Below are positions 46,126-55,125 of a DNA stretch of 64,000 nt, in pieces. The DNA comes from an uncultured bacterium (GTDB taxonomy: Bacteria > Omnitrophota > Omnitrophia > Omnitrophales > Aquincolibacteriaceae): positions 39,494 to 103,493 of the forward strand of contig CAYLPP010000004.1 of the NCBI GenBank assembly GCA_964385615.1. The letters run 5' to 3'. The notes below the pieces were generated by a model, which was given only the letters and a program-made list of their open reading frames with translations, did not search any database and was not told the origin of the DNA. Both the position numbers and the translations under genes were made by a program. Position 1 is the stretch's first letter. Each line of letters opens with the position of its first letter.

Positions 46126-47940
46126 ATGACGGAAATGGTCGGGTTTAAAATCTACGCGTGGCCGCTTCTTGCCGCGGGTCTTTCAATCCTTTTCCTTGGC
46201 GTTGTCATGGTTTTCAGGGAAAGAGGTTCCTCGTTAAGCCGCGCGTTCCTCCTTCTCACGTTTTGCTCCTCCGGATGGCTCCTTGGCTTTTTCGCGGTTA
46301 ACTTGTGCGGGGATCCTGAAACGGCCATGATCTGGGTGAAGGCCGCAAATACTTTCGTTGTTTTTATCCCCAGTGTTTTTTATCTTTTTGTGGTAGTTGC
46401 CGCCCGTCAGATTGACCGCCATAACATTCCTCTTTTTCTGGCGTTTTCAGCGTCTGAGATTTTTCTGATTCTGGTCTGGAGCGGGAATACTTTTATTTCT
46501 TCGCTGATTCCATATTTCTGGGGGTTTTATCCGCGGTACGGAAATTCAACCCTGCTTTTTCTGGTTTTTTTCTTCGGTGCCATGGCCTCAAGTTTCCGTT
46601 TGCTTTGGGTTTGCCACCGGCGTTATGGTGCTAACACCAAGCGCTTTAAGACTTTCCTGGCGGGCTTCGCGATCGCTTATCTTGCGAGCGTTGATTTCCT
46701 GCCTGCTTACGGAATTCCGGTTTATCCTTGCGGGTATTTGGCAGTGCTTGTTTTTTCCGGGTTTATGGCTTGGGGAATTATTCGCCGGCATTTGGCGGAC
46801 ATCACGCCCTCTTTTGCGGCTGAGCAAATCCTTAAAACAATGGCGGACGGGCTCTTGGTGCTGGACCGTGAGGGAACAGTGCGTTTAGCTAATGAGTCGG
46901 CCCGGTATTTGTTTGGTGAGGAGGGCGAAGAATTGATTGGCAGACCGGTTCATGCCGGAGGGATGGAATTTTTTAAAAAACAGAATCTGGCCAGACTTTT
47001 GTGGACGGGAGGCGTGCAAAATCACGAGGTTGTTTACTACAGTAAGCCTCAGGGGATGCATGTGCTGGATATCTCCACTTCGGTGATCCGGGACAGCCAT
47101 AAAGAACCTCTGGCAGTGGTTTGTATTATTAAAGACGCGACCGCTCGCAAGAATTCAGAAGCCGCATTAAGAGACAGTGAAAAGCACTACCGGATTTTGG
47201 CGGAAAATGTGACGGATGTGATCTGGACCATGGACATGAATTTAAAACTTACTTATGTAAGCCCGTCGATTCTTAAACTGACAGGGTTCACTCCATCTGA
47301 AGCGGTTTCGCGGGATTTGATCGAGACTTTTACGGGCCATTCTTCCCAAAAAGCCATGGTGGCTTTTACCGGACTCTTTCACGGTTTGGGGGCAATGCCG
47401 GGGCCTATCGAATTGGAATACCGGTGTAAGGAAGGGACCACGGTATGGGCGGAAGTAACTCTTTCGATCATCCGTGATGAAAAAGGCAGTCCGGTTGAAA
47501 TTCTCGGGGTCAGCCGGAACATTGCCGAACATCTCAAAGTCCGCGAATCGGTTAAAACCGCGGAAAATCTTTATTTGGAGCTTGCCTCCTCAGTTTCTGA
47601 TCCGGTTTTTATTCTGGACCGGAATTGCGTGATTCGCACGGTGAATCCTGCCGCCGAACAGATTCTGGGAATGAGTCTGGGGGAACTTGCAGGAAAATCT
47701 CTGGCTGGAATTCTTTCGCAGGACACGCAGGCCAAAACCCTGCAGGAAATTACCTGCGTCTTTTTGGGGTGGCAGAGACTCTGCTTTGATGCCGCGTTTT
47801 CCACTCGTGACGGGCGGCGGTTGATTATGGAGGCCCATCCCAAGCTGATGCTCAGAGAATCCGACCACTCGTTTGTCCAGGTGGTTTTTAAAAATCCGCG
47901 TCAACGGGCGGTTCATCCGCAAAATCAAAATGTGGCATGA
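46126..47940 (+). CDS. Membrane sensor with an N-terminal multi-TM domain and tandem PAS domains, with no recognisable output domain
   Basis: About 6-7 TM helices in the first 210 aa, followed by PAS-like repeats (GLLVLDREGTVRLANESARYLFG, NVTDVIWTMDMNLKLTYVSPS, VSDPVFILDRNCVIRTVNPAAEQILG). Confidence 0.7.
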   Translation: MTEMVGFKIYAWPLLAAGLSILFLGVVMVFRERGSSLSRAFLLLTFCSSGWLLGFFAVNLCGDPETAMIWVKAANTFVVFIPSVFYLFVVVAARQIDRHNIPLFLAFSASEIFLILVWSGNTFISSLIPYFWGFYPRYGNSTLLFLVFFFGAMASSFRLLWVCHRRYGANTKRFKTFLAGFAIAYLASVDFLPAYGIPVYPCGYLAVLVFSGFMAWGIIRRHLADITPSFAAEQILKTMADGLLVLDREGTVRLANESARYLFGEEGEELIGRPVHAGGMEFFKKQNLARLLWTGGVQNHEVVYYSKPQGMHVLDISTSVIRDSHKEPLAVVCIIKDATARKNSEAALRDSEKHYRILAENVTDVIWTMDMNLKLTYVSPSILKLTGFTPSEAVSRDLIETFTGHSSQKAMVAFTGLFHGLGAMPGPIELEYRCKEGTTVWAEVTLSIIRDEKGSPVEILGVSRNIAEHLKVRESVKTAENLYLELASSVSDPVFILDRNCVIRTVNPAAEQILGMSLGELAGKSLAGILSQDTQAKTLQEITCVFLGWQRLCFDAAFSTRDGRRLIMEAHPKLMLRESDHSFVQVVFKNPRQRAVHPQNQNVA

Positions 47941-47946
47941 GGGGAA

Positions 47947-48567
47947 ATGAAACTTTATAATGCGCCCATGAAAAAAATGTTTTTGCTCAGTGTCCTGAGC
48001 CTTACGGCCGGCTGTGCGGCTCTTTTTGGATGGAATATTCACGCGCCCGGCCTGCTCTCTGGAAATTTTGATTATCAGATACGCCCGCTTCCCGCGCGGG
48101 TGGCGCTTTATTTGGATCCTTCAATCTATACCTACCAATCCAAAGACCGCGGTGGAGCGACCGCGGACCCTCAGACCTTTTATATTGGGGAAGCGTACGC
48201 GCCAATGGCTTTGGAAGGGTTCCAGCAGGCTTTTGATGAATTTGTGTTCATGGAAGTCGAGCCGACTCCGGCCATCATGAAACAGTACGCGATTTCTTAT
48301 CTGGCGGTAGTGCGCCCGAAAGCTTTTAAAAATCATGTGACCTGGAAAGGCCAAGGGGTTAGGTTTACGACGGAAACAGCCGTTTTTAATACAGCCTTTC
48401 AGCAGGTTGACCGGTTTGAATCCGCGGGAAGCAGTGATGTTGAGAAGATTTTTGCCAAGAAGGGCGGTCCGGAAGTGAATCTGAATGCCGCGCTTGAAAA
48501 TAATGTGATCGCTTTGGTTCAGTACATTCAGGACGCGGTACAGACCGGAAAGTGGCCGGAGGTATGA
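47947..48567 (+). CDS. Hypothetical lipoprotein
   Basis: Lipobox LSLTAGC; 206 aa. Confidence 0.5.
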   Translation: MKLYNAPMKKMFLLSVLSLTAGCAALFGWNIHAPGLLSGNFDYQIRPLPARVALYLDPSIYTYQSKDRGGATADPQTFYIGEAYAPMALEGFQQAFDEFVFMEVEPTPAIMKQYAISYLAVVRPKAFKNHVTWKGQGVRFTTETAVFNTAFQQVDRFESAGSSDVEKIFAKKGGPEVNLNAALENNVIALVQYIQDAVQTGKWPEV

Positions 48568-49106
48568 AAAAACTCCTTTTAAAAGCGGGTTGTTGTCTTG
48601 TCATTACAGCGGTTTTTGTTCTGCCTCAGGCAGCCGCTGACGAGGTGATAACACAGACGCCCACGAAAGTGGTGGTTCGTGAGCACATCAAGACCGGTAA
48701 ACCTTATGTCGTTATTACGTCCGCGCAGGGAGACAGGAACCCTTTTGCTTCTATTCCTGTCGCGACCCGTGTCCGGCCGGATTACCGGTTGCTGGATCCT
48801 AAAGTGAAGGCCAGTCAGGTTCGTTATGAGGGTCCGGTCAGCGACCGTAAGAAAGTTTATATTTTCGCGGGAACCATTGCCGCTCTCGGAACCGCCGGCG
48901 GTGCCGCGGTGATTGCGGCGGCTCCGGCCGCGACCGGGGCAGGAGCGGCAGGCGGCGCGGGCGGGTACGCGGCCGCGGGAACGGCTGTTGCGGCGGGTAC
49001 GATTTCAACATCCGTTTTGAATACCCGGCCCGATCCGGAAAAAGATAAAATTGAACAGGGGTTTTCATCCGCGCAGATATCGGATACAGTTAAGGAAGGA
49101 TCATGA
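48552..49106 (+). CDS. Secreted hypothetical protein with a Gly/Ala-rich segment
   Basis: Has a signal peptide and a low-complexity stretch GTAGGAAVIAAAPAATGAGAAGGAGGYAAAGTAVAAG. Confidence 0.4.
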   Translation: MAGGMKKLLLKAGCCLVITAVFVLPQAAADEVITQTPTKVVVREHIKTGKPYVVITSAQGDRNPFASIPVATRVRPDYRLLDPKVKASQVRYEGPVSDRKKVYIFAGTIAALGTAGGAAVIAAAPAATGAGAAGGAGGYAAAGTAVAAGTISTSVLNTRPDPEKDKIEQGFSSAQISDTVKEGS

Positions 49107-49942
49107 AAAAGACGATCGGCCTTTTAACCGCGTTTACGCCTGAAGTTTTCAAAAGCGAATATCATACCCGGATTATTTCCGGTATCGTGGACGCTTTGCG
49201 CCAGACTCATTATGATATGAAGATGATCATGGTTAAAGACGAAGAATACGCGGACCCCAGCCGTAAAATCCTCAAAGAGCACGATGTTCAGGGCCTTTTG
49301 CTTTTAACCTGGCGGATTCATCCCAAATATATCGAAGAGTCCATGTCCGGTTCCGAACTGCCGGTAGTTATCGTCAACGACTACACGCCGGGCATCAAAA
49401 CCAACATTGTTTATTCAAACAATAAAGCGGGCATTGAGCTTGCCGTGAGGCATTTGCTCAACCGCGGGTACCGGAAGATCGGAATGCTTCAGGGGCCGGA
49501 CGAAGATTCTCTGGACGCCCGGGAAAGGTTTCAGGTTTACGGAGATTTGCTTCGTGAAAACGAGCTGGCTTTTGATCCCGCTTACTACCGCAAGTGTGAT
49601 TATTATTTTGAAGAAGACGGCTATTTGAAGATGATGGACATCATTCACACGGCCAAGGTTTTGCCCCGGGCGATGATCTGCTTTAATGATGATATCGCGA
49701 TCGGCGCGTTAAAAGCTCTCAAAGAATCCTGGATCAAGTGCCCTGAAGAAGTCGCTGTGGTCGGTTATGACGGGATTGAGCGCGGGAAATATGTAGTTCC
49801 GCCCTTAACTACGATTCGACAGCCTTTGGAAAGAATGGGGCGGGAAATGGTAACGATTGTGACTGGACTTATCGAAGGGCGTTTGAAAGGCCCGATTCAG
49901 AAAGAACACCTCCCCGAGCTTGTGATCCGCCAGTCTGCCTGA
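49103..49942 (+). CDS. LacI-type periplasmic-binding-fold (sugar-binding) domain protein lacking an HTH
   Basis: It resembles the LacI/PurR C-terminal ligand-binding domain (GLLTAF..., KIGMLQGP, AMICFNDDIAIGALKAL), with no N-terminal DNA-binding domain. Confidence 0.55.
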   Translation: MKKTIGLLTAFTPEVFKSEYHTRIISGIVDALRQTHYDMKMIMVKDEEYADPSRKILKEHDVQGLLLLTWRIHPKYIEESMSGSELPVVIVNDYTPGIKTNIVYSNNKAGIELAVRHLLNRGYRKIGMLQGPDEDSLDARERFQVYGDLLRENELAFDPAYYRKCDYYFEEDGYLKMMDIIHTAKVLPRAMICFNDDIAIGALKALKESWIKCPEEVAVVGYDGIERGKYVVPPLTTIRQPLERMGREMVTIVTGLIEGRLKGPIQKEHLPELVIRQSA

Positions 49943-49958
49943 GATACAAAATAAAAAA

Positions 49959-49986
49959 GGCCGCCCCGTGAGGAGCGGCCTTTTTT
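49959..49986. terminator. Bidirectional Rho-independent terminator between convergent genes
   Basis: AAAAAAGGCCGCcccgtgaggaGCGGCCTTTTTT. Confidence 0.7.
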
Positions 49987-50003
49987 GCTTCTACTGTATT
50001 CCG

Positions 50004-50381
50004 TTAGGAACCGATGCTGACTCCGCCTTCGGGAAGTTTCACATCCACCTGAGTAATCGGGAAGGTGGCAATGTGAAGCACACCGCCGATGGTGTCATAG
50101 AGGGCGTTGAAATTTCCGCGCAGGAAACCCTTGATGACACAGCTCTTATTCTGATGGGCTTCGACGGGTTCGGTAAAGATTTCAGTCCAGCCCGCGAAGA
50201 AATTCTTGAAACCAAACTCAAGCTTGCCAAGCGCCTGCTTGCTCCAGCCGGTCTGTTCCGTCCAGGGACTGGCTTTGAAGCCGAGCTTACAGCACTGCTG
50301 GCAGTTACCTTCAGTGCCGCCCGCGTACGCGGCAGGCGCAAGAAAGGCGAGTGTTAAAAGCATTAAAAGGATCTTCTTCAT
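50004..50381 (-). CDS. Small secreted protein, possibly of the exosortase-associated TIGR04073-like family
   Basis: Has a signal peptide, and the motif KLEFGFKNFFAGWTEIFTEP resembles the conserved G-x-x-N-x-x-x-G-W-x-E-I core of that family. This is from memory. Confidence 0.4.
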   Translation of the reverse strand: MKKILLMLLTLAFLAPAAYAGGTEGNCQQCCKLGFKASPWTEQTGWSKQALGKLEFGFKNFFAGWTEIFTEPVEAHQNKSCVIKGFLRGNFNALYDTIGGVLHIATFPITQVDVKLPEGGVSIGS

Positions 50382-50524
50382 TGGTTTTCCCCCTTGGTTA
50401 TATAGCTACAAAGCCTTAATTCAATAGACTATCTATCGTCATCCTTTACATAAAGTTTACCGGGAGCTTTTTAGTGATTTAAGGTATAATTCTCCGTCAA
50501 AATACCCGGTAAACAAGCGAGGCC

Positions 50525-51739
50525 TTGATGAGCGCTCTAAGACTTTCTACGTTTTTGATGCTGATTCTGATTGCCCCCCGGACCCTGCTGGCCGGAATCT
50601 CCTTTTACGACCTAAATACCCGTGTTCCGATTAAAAATGAATACTATTCCGTGCTTTCTGTTCAGCCTGGAAGCTCGCCCGGGATTCTGAAGTTTAAGGT
50701 CAAATCCGACCATGCCCTCTACGAAGTCGAGGGGGTTGTTCCGATGATCAAACTTTTACGCGAAATTGAAGTTATTGAGAAAATCCGGCGGAACGAAGAA
50801 ACCAGCGGTTTTTTTGACGGTGTCGCGGCCTCAGTGGGAGCTACGGCCGGAGGATTTGTGAAACTTGTGACCCATCCGATTGAGTCGGGTAAAGGCTTGG
50901 GGCGTGCCGCGGGGAAAGTCGGGCGGACTATCGGCGGAGTTTTCCGCACAAAGGAAGAAGGGGAGAAAACGAGCTTCGGGGAATCGGTGCTGGGATCTTC
51001 GGAGCGTGAGCTGGCTAAAGAGTTCGGAGTGGATGTTTACACGACCAATCCTTATTTAAAAGGATTGCTGACGAAAATGGCCCGCGCGCGGATGGGCGGG
51101 AAAAGTTTCGTGTTTCTGGCGACGTTTTTAATCCCCGTAGGCGCTATTTCTCTGGCAGTCACCGCCAGCGGATTGAACGGCGCCGCGGATCAGGTCGTCA
51201 ATGACAACAGCCGCGCGGAACTTTTCCGGCTGAATAAAGATGCCCTGTTGGATCTTAAAATCTTAAATTCAGACGCGGAACGCTTTTTGAATTGCCCGGA
51301 GTTCAGTCCCCGGGAGGCGACTTATTTCCGCGCTTATCTGGAGCAGTTAAAGCAGGTTTCCGGTTTTCAGAGTCTGATCAAAATCGCGGCCCAGGTAAAA
51401 ACGGACACGGACGCGCGAAAAATTCTTTTTTCGACTCAGGTCGCGGCGGAAGAGGCAAAAAAGAATCCGAAGGTTTTTGGAAAGATCGAAGTTTGGGGAG
51501 ACGGTTTGAAAGCTCAGACGAAGGATGGCCTGATTTTTATCATGCCCTATGATTATCTGGATTCAGATTCTCAGGGGAAGCTTCTCTTGAAGCAGATGAA
51601 GGGTGAGTTAGAGCATTCGGGAAAATCCCGGCTGGAGCTTTGGAATGCCGGACAGGTTTCAACCGGATTTTCTGGAGACGCGAAATGGCAGGGGATCGGC
51701 CTGCGGAAATTAATTTTGTGGGGCAGCGGCAAATCTTGA
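50525..51739 (+). CDS. Hypothetical secreted or membrane-associated protein
   Basis: Hydrophobic N-terminus (LSTFLMLILIAPRTLLAG) and one internal hydrophobic helix; 404 aa. Confidence 0.45.
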   Translation: MMSALRLSTFLMLILIAPRTLLAGISFYDLNTRVPIKNEYYSVLSVQPGSSPGILKFKVKSDHALYEVEGVVPMIKLLREIEVIEKIRRNEETSGFFDGVAASVGATAGGFVKLVTHPIESGKGLGRAAGKVGRTIGGVFRTKEEGEKTSFGESVLGSSERELAKEFGVDVYTTNPYLKGLLTKMARARMGGKSFVFLATFLIPVGAISLAVTASGLNGAADQVVNDNSRAELFRLNKDALLDLKILNSDAERFLNCPEFSPREATYFRAYLEQLKQVSGFQSLIKIAAQVKTDTDARKILFSTQVAAEEAKKNPKVFGKIEVWGDGLKAQTKDGLIFIMPYDYLDSDSQGKLLLKQMKGELEHSGKSRLELWNAGQVSTGFSGDAKWQGIGLRKLILWGSGKS

Positions 51740-52239
51740 AAACCTACGAAGTCGAACAGAAATACCGCGTTAAAAATCCGGCAGCGTTCCGCCGGAAAAT
51801 TATCGCGCTGAAAGCCCGGAAAATTTCGAGCGGGTTTGAGGAGAACGCGGTTTACAATCTCCGCAAATTCGGAATTCGCGAAGGGATTCTCCGGCTCCGC
51901 CGAAGCGGGAAAAAAGCCAAGTTGACTCTCAAAGGACCGCGCCTTGCGGGCCGGTTTAAAAAACGGGTAGAAATCGAAACCGAAGTTGATTTTACGGCGA
52001 TGAACCTGATTTTCCGCGCGCTAAAATGGAAACCGTCTTGCCGTTACTCAAAGGTTCGTGAAGAATATCAAAAGGGGAGCGCTTTAATTGTGCTGGATTT
52101 TTTAAAGGGGCACGGCTGGTTCGCGGAGATCGAAGCTCCTGCCCGTCAGATTCATTTATTGGAACGCAAGCTGGGTCTTAAAATTTCTGACCGTGAACAC
52201 CGCACCTATCTGCAAATTCTAGGCCTTCGCTACCGCTAA
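51640..52239 (+). CDS. CYTH-domain (CyaB/ThTPase-like) protein. The true start is probably near 51736 (TTG), overlapping the upstream stop.
   Basis: Contains the CYTH ExExK motif (YEVEQKY) and RLRRSG...KLTLKG. The first ~30 codons of the tabulated ORF overlap the previous gene. Confidence 0.65.
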   Translation: MECRTGFNRIFWRREMAGDRPAEINFVGQRQILKTYEVEQKYRVKNPAAFRRKIIALKARKISSGFEENAVYNLRKFGIREGILRLRRSGKKAKLTLKGPRLAGRFKKRVEIETEVDFTAMNLIFRALKWKPSCRYSKVREEYQKGSALIVLDFLKGHGWFAEIEAPARQIHLLERKLGLKISDREHRTYLQILGLRYR

Positions 52240-52265
52240 TTCTGTTTTAATCTTGTGCTGCCTGA

Positions 52266-54251
52266 TCAGGTGCGGAGCTGTTTCTCAGCATCGACAACGT
52301 CACGGTTGATTTTCATGCGCGCTTTGTGGGCTTTGGCGCGCAGGTCGTCTGAAGTGCTGTGCGCGTGTTCCAGCTCGCGAAGCAGCTGGATGATCATGCG
52401 GAAATGCCTGACAATCTCGCCTTCATCCGCCTGAGTCAGCCGGAAAATCCGGTCAAAAGGAACACCTTGGACCCAGGCTTCGACGGCCAGCGCCTGATTG
52501 AAATGCGGGTGCTTGGTGTAGGGATGAATTCGGAACTGAGATTCGAGTTTGTGAATTTTTCGGTGATGATGCTCGGCGTAACTGCGGAGTTTCTCAATCC
52601 GGCCGGTCAGGTGAGGAACATGATCGCCCTTGCGCGGTTCACAGATCAGGCCGGAAAGTAAAACGCTCAGCATTGCGTCATCCAATTTATCCAGGATGCC
52701 GTCCTGATGGAGCTCGGAAAGCATCAGTTCATAGCCGAAGACAGAAGACGCGAACTCGCCTTTCGGCGTTAAACTTTTTTCATCCAGATGGCCCAGCGTA
52801 TCCAGAAGTTTCAATTTGTTTTCCAGCAGGCTGTAGCCTTTCTGGCGGATATGACCTGGCGACTGAAAGTGGTGGAACGAGCGCGGATAAATTTCAAAAA
52901 GTTTCCGGCCTAGATCACGGTAGAGATTCAGCAGGGTGGCATAAGCGGTGTTCAACTGACTTTCAATCGGCTCATACCGGCCGTGAAGAATTTTTTCCAC
53001 GTCATGGAAACTGACGTCCTGAGGGTGAACGCGCAGAACGACAAAACCCTTGGTGTCCATGCCTCGCCGGCCCGCCCGCCCCGCTATTTGAAAAAAATCC
53101 CGGTGGGTCAGGAGCCGGAAGCCGTGGCCGTCATATTTTTCGAGTTCGTCAAAAATAACCGTCTTGGCCGGCATATTGATGCCGATGGCGAAAGTTTCGG
53201 TCGTGAAAATCAGTTTAATCAGTTTTTTCGTGAAAAGCTGTTCGATGACTTCTTTTAAAGTCGGGAGCATACCCGCGTGGTGATACGCGATACCTTGCTC
53301 AATGAGAGGCGCCATTTCGACGGCGGATTTTTCGTGTTTCAGGTCGTATTTTTCCAGCAGTTTAAAAAAGTCATGGGTGATTTGCTTGCGTTCTGAATCG
53401 TCCAGAAAATCAAAACGAATGGCTTCGCCCGCCAGGTATTCCGTGCGCCGCCGGCCGAAGGCAAAATAAATCGCGGGGAGGCGGTTGTTGTCCATGAGGT
53501 ATTCCACCAGCTGGTCGAGCCGGTTCGGCCGGGCTTTCATCATGGGAATGCCCCGGTGGCGTTCGCGCGAGCTTCTGCGCCAGATTTCACGGTTCAGGTA
53601 GCCGTCACGTTTTAAATCTTTCAGATTGGTCATAATCTGCCCCTGGCACTGAAAAAGAAAGTCCAGCGGAACCGGGCGGTGAGATTCCTGCACGATTTCA
53701 AGCGGGCGGTCATGAATTTTCCGGATCCAGTCGGCCAGCTGATGAACATTGGGTACGGTGGCTGAAAGCGCCAGGATGCGGATGTGAGAGGGGGTAAAAA
53801 GAATCGCTTCCTCCCAGACCGTTCCGCGTTCGGCGTCATCCAGATAATGGACTTCGTCAAAAATAACCCAGCCGATTTTTTCGATACGGCTGGAATTTTC
53901 AAAAAGGGAATTGCGGTAAATTTCCGTGGTCATAATCAGAATCGGCGCGTCGGGATTGATCGAGACATCGCCGGTTAGAATACCGACTTGATCATCGCCG
54001 TAGGCCGCGCGGAAATCCCGGTACTTTTGATTGCTCAGAGCCTTGACCGGCGCGGTGTAGATCACCTGCTCATGACGGGAGAGAGCCTGGTCGATGGCTT
54101 TTTCAGCAATCACCGTTTTGCCGGAACCTGTGGGCGCGGAGACAATGACCGAATGGCCCTTGTCGATCCATTCGATCGCTTCTTTTTGGAACTTATCGAG
54201 TTCAAATGTCATATAATGGGGCATTCTCGCACATATGGACGAAAAAGCCAT
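52266..54251 (-). CDS. Ski2/HelY-like DExH-box helicase (superfamily 2)
   Basis: Motif I APTGSGKT, motif II DEVH, and motifs SAT and QIAGRAGRRG. The C-terminal region is helical. Confidence 0.8.
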   Translation of the reverse strand: MAFSSICARMPHYMTFELDKFQKEAIEWIDKGHSVIVSAPTGSGKTVIAEKAIDQALSRHEQVIYTAPVKALSNQKYRDFRAAYGDDQVGILTGDVSINPDAPILIMTTEIYRNSLFENSSRIEKIGWVIFDEVHYLDDAERGTVWEEAILFTPSHIRILALSATVPNVHQLADWIRKIHDRPLEIVQESHRPVPLDFLFQCQGQIMTNLKDLKRDGYLNREIWRRSSRERHRGIPMMKARPNRLDQLVEYLMDNNRLPAIYFAFGRRRTEYLAGEAIRFDFLDDSERKQITHDFFKLLEKYDLKHEKSAVEMAPLIEQGIAYHHAGMLPTLKEVIEQLFTKKLIKLIFTTETFAIGINMPAKTVIFDELEKYDGHGFRLLTHRDFFQIAGRAGRRGMDTKGFVVLRVHPQDVSFHDVEKILHGRYEPIESQLNTAYATLLNLYRDLGRKLFEIYPRSFHHFQSPGHIRQKGYSLLENKLKLLDTLGHLDEKSLTPKGEFASSVFGYELMLSELHQDGILDKLDDAMLSVLLSGLICEPRKGDHVPHLTGRIEKLRSYAEHHHRKIHKLESQFRIHPYTKHPHFNQALAVEAWVQGVPFDRIFRLTQADEGEIVRHFRMIIQLLRELEHAHSTSDDLRAKAHKARMKINRDVVDAEKQLRT

Positions 54252-54585
54252 CCAGGAAAAAATAGACAGGGAGTTTCAGTGTCACCGCTGCGGTGAGTGC
54301 TGCCGCAAGCCGGGGTACGTTTATCTCAACACGAGCGAGACAGAAGCCATGGCGCGGTTCCTCGGGAAAGATATCCGGGATTTTATGGAGGAATTTTGTG
54401 AGGTTATTGAGCGCCGGCAGATTGTGCTGAAAAAACTTCCGGATGAAGCCTGTATTTTCCTGAAAGACAATTCCTGCGAAGTTAACCCCGCTAAACCCCG
54501 GCAGTGCCGGGAGTTTCCCTTCAAGTGGCGCACCCCTGCCAGTTTTGGCTACTGCACGGGTCTGAAAACCTTATTTAATTCATAA
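54235..54585 (+). CDS. YkgJ/UPF0153-family Cys-rich protein (CxxCxxCC)
   Basis: Contains CHRCGECCR and later ACIFLKDNSCEVNPAKPRQCREFP. Confidence 0.6.
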   Translation: MDEKAIQEKIDREFQCHRCGECCRKPGYVYLNTSETEAMARFLGKDIRDFMEEFCEVIERRQIVLKKLPDEACIFLKDNSCEVNPAKPRQCREFPFKWRTPASFGYCTGLKTLFNS

Positions 54586-54608
54586 ACCTTTATATTAAAA
54601 CAAGTTAC

Positions 54609-54639
54609 ATATCTGGACTAAAACAGTCTGGTTTGATAT
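54609..54639. promoter_or_regulatory. Candidate Rrf2/IscR-type operator overlapping the promoter of the Rrf2-suf operon
   Basis: ATATCTGGACTAAAACAGTCTGGTTTGATAT contains the GACT-N5-AGTC inverted core with outer ATATC/GATAT arms, and is followed by a TATACT -10-like hexamer. Confidence 0.4.
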
Positions 54640-54664
54640 ACTTTAATCGGAAGCTGAGGTCACT

Positions 54665-55117
54665 ATGAGATTTACGACGAAAACAGAATACGGGTTGGTC
54701 TGCCTCATCTATATGGCTAGGCACATGGAAGGCGGAAAGACTGAGCCTTGCACGATTAAAGAGCTGTCGGGTGCTGAAGAGTTTTCGCCCGCGTATACGG
54801 AAAAAATCCTTCAGAGCCTTCGGGCGGCGGGGATTGTGACCGCGCTTCACGGCAATCAGGGCGGATATGTGCTGGCCCGGCCGGCTACCGAAATTACGGT
54901 GAAAGAAATTATCGAAGCTCTGGAAGGTTCTACTTTTGATGTTTTTTGCGAACCCGATAACCGCAAAGAAATTACCTGCACTCATTTTTCACTTTGCGGA
55001 ATCAAACCCCTCTGGGGCAAGAGCCGGGAAGTCTTGAACCAGTTTTATTCTTCCGTAACGCTGGATATGCTCGTGAAAGGGCATCTGGAATCCGCGGAAG
55101 TTAAATTGTTGTTCTAA
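54665..55117 (+). CDS. Rrf2-family transcriptional regulator (IscR/SufR-like)
   Basis: Winged-HTH N-terminus [18 protein letters not shown] and a C-terminal Cys cluster (FCEP...CTHFSLC). Confidence 0.85.
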   Translation: MRFTTKTEYGLVCLIYMARHMEGGKTEPCTIKELSGAEEFSPAYTEKILQSLRAAGIVTALHGNQGGYVLARPATEITVKEIIEALEGSTFDVFCEPDNRKEITCTHFSLCGIKPLWGKSREVLNQFYSSVTLDMLVKGHLESAEVKLLF

Positions 55118-55125
55118 GGAAAATT

